Source: Salisapilia sapeloensis CBS 127946
Taxonomy: Eukaryota; Protista; Oomycota
DNA: 36,328 nucleotides
Assembly: GCA_023334545.1 (NCBI GenBank)
Contig: JAADVB010000200.1
Span: forward strand, 1 to 36,328
Reading direction: 5' to 3'
How positions within the stretch are numbered: position 1 is the stretch's first letter; each line of letters opens with the position of its first letter. The notes under the pieces were generated by a model, which ran no database searches, was not told the origin of the DNA, and saw only the letters and a list, made by a program, of their open reading frames with translations. The translations under genes were made by a program, and so were the position numbers. Positions 32,592 through 36,328 of the stretch are shown in pieces.

Positions 32592-33431
32592 TTAACAGGA
32601 TGCGTTCTGTATCGTATCCAACCACATGTGCATCTCGTCTTCTGACCTTGCTCTCAAGTACAATGACTTTCGTGATTTGCCAGACACTGTATCCACTTCG
32701 AATTCACATCCACCGGACACGACGACGTCTGCGCCTGCGACGTACCCTCTTGATAGAGGTACTGCCCACGCGTCTTCGCTTTCATACACCGTGAACAAGT
32801 TGCCTTGTAAGACACAAAACCGACGTTTTCTGCCTCCTCCCTTCTTGTCTCCCACTTCTAACCAGCCATTGCGGTCCAAGACAGTCGTAAGAACTTCGAT
32901 TTCTGGTTCAGACAGGTTGAGAGATACGGTAGAGGAAGCGGTGCTAGTAGATGAACCGTTTAGTGACTCGTGTCGCTTGGCTAGTGTTGCTGCTTGGGTC
33001 AATTGCTCAATCCATTGCTCGCAAACTTGATCGTTCTTCGCTCGGACGTCCACGACTTTGCCACTCACGCCGTAGATTTTAAATGCAATTCTAGATTTCG
33101 GCGATCGCTCGATGTGTGCGACTCGTAAAGCTCCTTTTGCCGTCGATTCTCCACTGCAGGCGAAGAGTTTGTCGCCAGATTGAGGCGTGAGAGACGAATC
33201 GCCGACAAATTGGTCGGTTGGGAACGTGTCATAGTACGTCAGGAGCGCGCCTTCGAGGACAAAGTGCTGATTCCGCCACTTGGCAAAGCGTCCTGATCGT
33301 TTCCATAGCCATCCATGAAATTTCTCTGCGCCACTGCGCCGAATAGCTGCGTTCTGGGTACTCTGGACAAGCATTTCGACGTTCACGTCAAGACCTTGGC
33401 CACTACCATCGCTAAATCCACTTTGACTCAT
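32592..33431 (-). CDS. Tandem PH-domain protein, 279 aa
   Basis: PH1: FHGWLWKRSGRFAKWRNQHFVLEGALLTYY...EQWIEQL. PH2: RNGWLEV...KRRFCVLQGNLFTVY...LYLRARSEDEMHMWLDTI. Confidence 0.85.
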   Translation of the reverse strand: MSQSGFSDGSGQGLDVNVEMLVQSTQNAAIRRSGAEKFHGWLWKRSGRFAKWRNQHFVLEGALLTYYDTFPTDQFVGDSSLTPQSGDKLFACSGESTAKGALRVAHIERSPKSRIAFKIYGVSGKVVDVRAKNDQVCEQWIEQLTQAATLAKRHESLNGSSTSTASSTVSLNLSEPEIEVLTTVLDRNGWLEVGDKKGGGRKRRFCVLQGNLFTVYESEDAWAVPLSRGYVAGADVVVSGGCEFEVDTVSGKSRKSLYLRARSEDEMHMWLDTIQNASC

Positions 33432-34309
33432 ACTACCTCGTCGCTTTTATTGATTCCTTTGGGTGTTTGCGACAGAGATAAGCAGTTGCAAGCTGATGCT
33501 CTTTGTGCTGTGCTACCGGCGTTCCTGGCCTGTGTTTTTCGACTCGAAATGCCAAGTAGGGACTGCCTAAAGGCCTGGACGTCACGTTGTAAGAAACAAG
33601 GAGCGGGAGTGGACCATGCATAGTTTCTACAAGAGTAAAATTGCTCACGCAGTGCGATCAGACGATCAGGGCTCTGATAAGAGGGGTGTCCAGACGGTCT
33701 GCTCGATTGTATCTTTGGAAGGTGTACGCTGGCAGCAGGGAGGTAGGGAAACGGGGATGACAGGCCTAGTCTGAGTATTCTATCGTGTGGCAAGAGCTGA
33801 GGACGGTAATGGTGAGAGTTGTCACTACAAGGTGACGGCACGTCAGCGAGGCAGCCGGCGTAACTTGGCTCGAACACCACGATCACGACGCTATGAACGT
33901 CAGTGAACGAGTTGGCAATGCCCTAGCGGTCATGTTTGCCGAGAAGATGCCGTGGAGGAAGCTGCACGGCTTAATTTGATCAGTTGACATGCTACTTCTT
34001 CAACTATCAACGTAACGCAATGCACTAAAAGACGTTTTTCCATTGATCTATAAAATAAATGCGATCCATTGCATGCGTGTGTACGGCTTCACGATGGACA
34101 TAAGTCTACTTTTCTGTCTCTCGTTAAACCCCAAACAAGATCGTCGGTTCAGCGCGAACCGTCATGCCGGACACAAGTTTATCGCAACTTCAATGCTACT
34201 TCAGACTAAGACATGAAGCAAGATCGATCCTCAAGGGTCAGAACGGTCGGACCATGGCCTCTGGTGCAGACGCGTAAAAGGCATTCCAAAGCTCTTCTTA
34301 CCACAAAAT

Positions 34310-35598
34310 ATGCCTACTCGGCAACGAACGGGGATCATCGGTTGCACGAACCGCGGTGAATATGGTGTCGTGGAGCGGCATCAACGGCCGTACGGACACC
34401 TGTCGCCGCAGTATCGGGTCCAACAGACCTTGGCACAGGCCAGCACGGTAGAAGAACCGAATATCATCAAGCCATGGTCTCTACCTATCATCCAGCAACC
34501 TTCAAGTGCCGAGGTGCCAATACAGAGACCTCGTGAAGATTGTACGACTATCGAACAGATCAAAGCAACACTCGGCGCAAATATTCAACGATACCAAGTA
34601 CTATCTTCTCTCAATAAAGTTATTCCAAACAACTACTCATGCTAAATGCAATATACGTCCAAAGCATGAAAGCAAGTCGTTCAAATCGGAACCTTGGTAT
34701 CACAGCCCCATCGGCGCCGGCTCCAGCTCTTCAGTCTTGCACGCCGCTTTTACAGGTCTGGATCTCCACGGCACCGGATACATACAACGTAAAGCGATTA
34801 CCAAAACCCTTGGATCTGCGCAGTTCGGTACTAGATACTATCCCAAAGTGAATGCATGTCGCTTCAGATAGATTGCTCGCTCACGATTTTTTCCACACAG
34901 GTCTACGTGAAAGCGAGATAGGTGCACTGCTATCCAACTACAATATCCATGCGACAGACGATAGCGCCAATGTACCGTACAAATCGTTTGTTCGCTCCTT
35001 AAACATTCCTGAGACAACAGATACGGGGAACGACATTATTTTTCGTCGAGAAACATATATCGAAAGAGTCAGGCGACAGGCAAGTGACTTACTCGAACAA
35101 AATGCACATAAAACGACCCACGGGTCTACTCAACCCAACTGGCCCGCTACGGTAACTCCAAGTGTACCTCCACGTCCACCTGGTACGGAAAGAATAGTGC
35201 CTTCTCGTACTAAACTTCCTAATCGACTAGTAGAAGTAGACAAATTGTCCTATCAGTATGATAAGGAGCGCCGCGAACGAAGGATGGAAGCCAAGTCTCG
35301 AGCGCTGCTGGCTCATATAAACCGAATGGAAGAATATGCACAATTTGAGCGGGAGCGACAGGAGTATACAGATCGTCGAAGACTTGCTTCCGTCGCAATG
35401 AACAATGTTGATTACCACAGTCGGATTCTTGAAGGCGAAAGGGCTGTGATCAGAGTAGAGGAGAAGCGAGGCAAGGGCCTACTAAAGTGCTCTCAAACGC
35501 AAGCAAAGTATGGTACGAGCCCCGAGTCCATGTTCTTTCATCAGACACTCCGTGCGAAGGACGTAGGAACGAAACTTCCAATCTTGACACCAGGATAG
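34310..35598 (+). CDS. EF-hand-like and coiled-coil protein, proposed exons 34310-34597, 34665-34827, 34901-35598 (382 aa)
   Basis: Three ORF pieces join in frame via GT-AG introns. AFTGLDLHGTGYIQRKAI resembles an EF-hand loop, followed by FG|LRESEIGALL...VPYKSFVRSL and a charged helical C-terminus. The exon 2 acceptor (AAG) is uncertain. Confidence 0.6.
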
Positions 35599-36235
35599 CG
35601 ATCTGCTGAATTCAAGTATAGGATTATGCGTATTCTAATCGAGATCAATTTTCCTTCTATCCATGCACTCTACAAGAACCTTTTCATTCAGAAAGCGATT
35701 CGTTCGTTGCATATTCCCAATGCATTTGCCACTAATACACTTCTTTCCCGATGCCGTGTCTATACCAAGCTACATTGCACAGCTTCAAACGAGCACGTCG
35801 AAGGCAATTCAGCTCCAACAATTTGACCAATGTGGTCGGGTCGAATTAACAAAGCTTGAACGAAAGTATTAGTACATGTTTATTCTCCTCGCAATACTTG
35901 CAAGACGACTGCCTCCCCCGCTCGTACACCCGTGTGTAGTTGTCTAAAATGTGACAGTCCTGAATGCAACAACATGGCACGAGAAATATCTTCAAAAACA
36001 GTGTGCCTGTGAGTACAAGGTTACCGTGACGTAGGACCACGATACATACATGCTAGATGCGGTCTTTTGCTTTCAGACAGCGTCGACGTCGCATACCCGC
36101 GGGTAGTAATATATCATTCTGCATTTCTCAACATTGTCGCTGGACCCGTGGACAGAGGAGACAACAATACTTCACGCGAGATGGATGATGCAAAGATAAT
36201 CTGTCTTATTTATAACTCATTCAATACTACGTCCT

Positions 36236-36328
36236 TCATGCCTCTTCCTCTTTGAGCCTCCGGGCGGGAGGACTGATGCTCCGACGACGGTTCTCATCTA
36301 CGTCTTCTTCATGTCGGAAGCGGTACCA
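36236..36328 (-). CDS. Possible 3' end of a gene entering from beyond the window
   Basis: Open frame WYRFRHEEDVDENRRRSISPPARRLKEEEA* to the window edge; too short to verify. Confidence 0.25.
   Translation of the reverse strand, partial: WYRFRHEEDVDENRRRSISPPARRLKEEEA

Noticed and set aside
33428-33990. 152-aa minus ORF and short plus-strand peptide fragments upstream of the PH gene
   Set aside because: No ATG-anchored, motif-bearing frame; the composition looks non-coding or too decayed to call.
1-36328. CRISPR arrays, tRNA/rRNA genes, IS elements, prokaryotic defence operon
   Set aside because: No spaced repeats, T-loop/cloverleaf, rRNA motifs or transposase ORFs seen; spliceosomal introns show the sequence is eukaryotic.

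Overview
Eukaryotic, gene-dense genomic window, most likely from an oomycete or related stramenopile. This assignment is inferred from short 43-85 nt GT-AG introns with CTAAC-like branch sites, an oomycete-style TKL receptor kinase, an RWP-RK factor and an INR/FPR-like core promoter. No prokaryotic features, tRNA, rRNA or CRISPR were seen. About 14 protein-coding genes can be supported: secreted S1 protease; 4TM-ankyrin-TIR-TIR protein; 5-exon kinase-less LRR receptor-like protein; AIP1/WDR1; divergent RWP-RK factor; two short orphan ORFs; IQ+C2 protein; EAPP; eIF2-alpha-type kinase; soluble pyridine nucleotide transhydrogenase (SthA-type) with one intron and a mitochondrial-type presequence; single-pass TKL receptor kinase with a 6-Cys elicitin-like ectodomain; TOM1/GPR137-like 7TM protein; tandem-PH protein; and a 3-exon EF-hand-like protein. 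There is also a decayed paralog of the LRR receptor and two degenerate coding relics. The most notable items are the membrane-anchored ANK-TIR(active)-TIR(E-to-Q) protein lying between a secreted protease and an LRR-TM receptor lacking a signalling tail, the elicitin-like receptor kinase, and the bacterial-type transhydrogenase with a targeting peptide. All family calls come from motif recognition by eye; no database searches were run.
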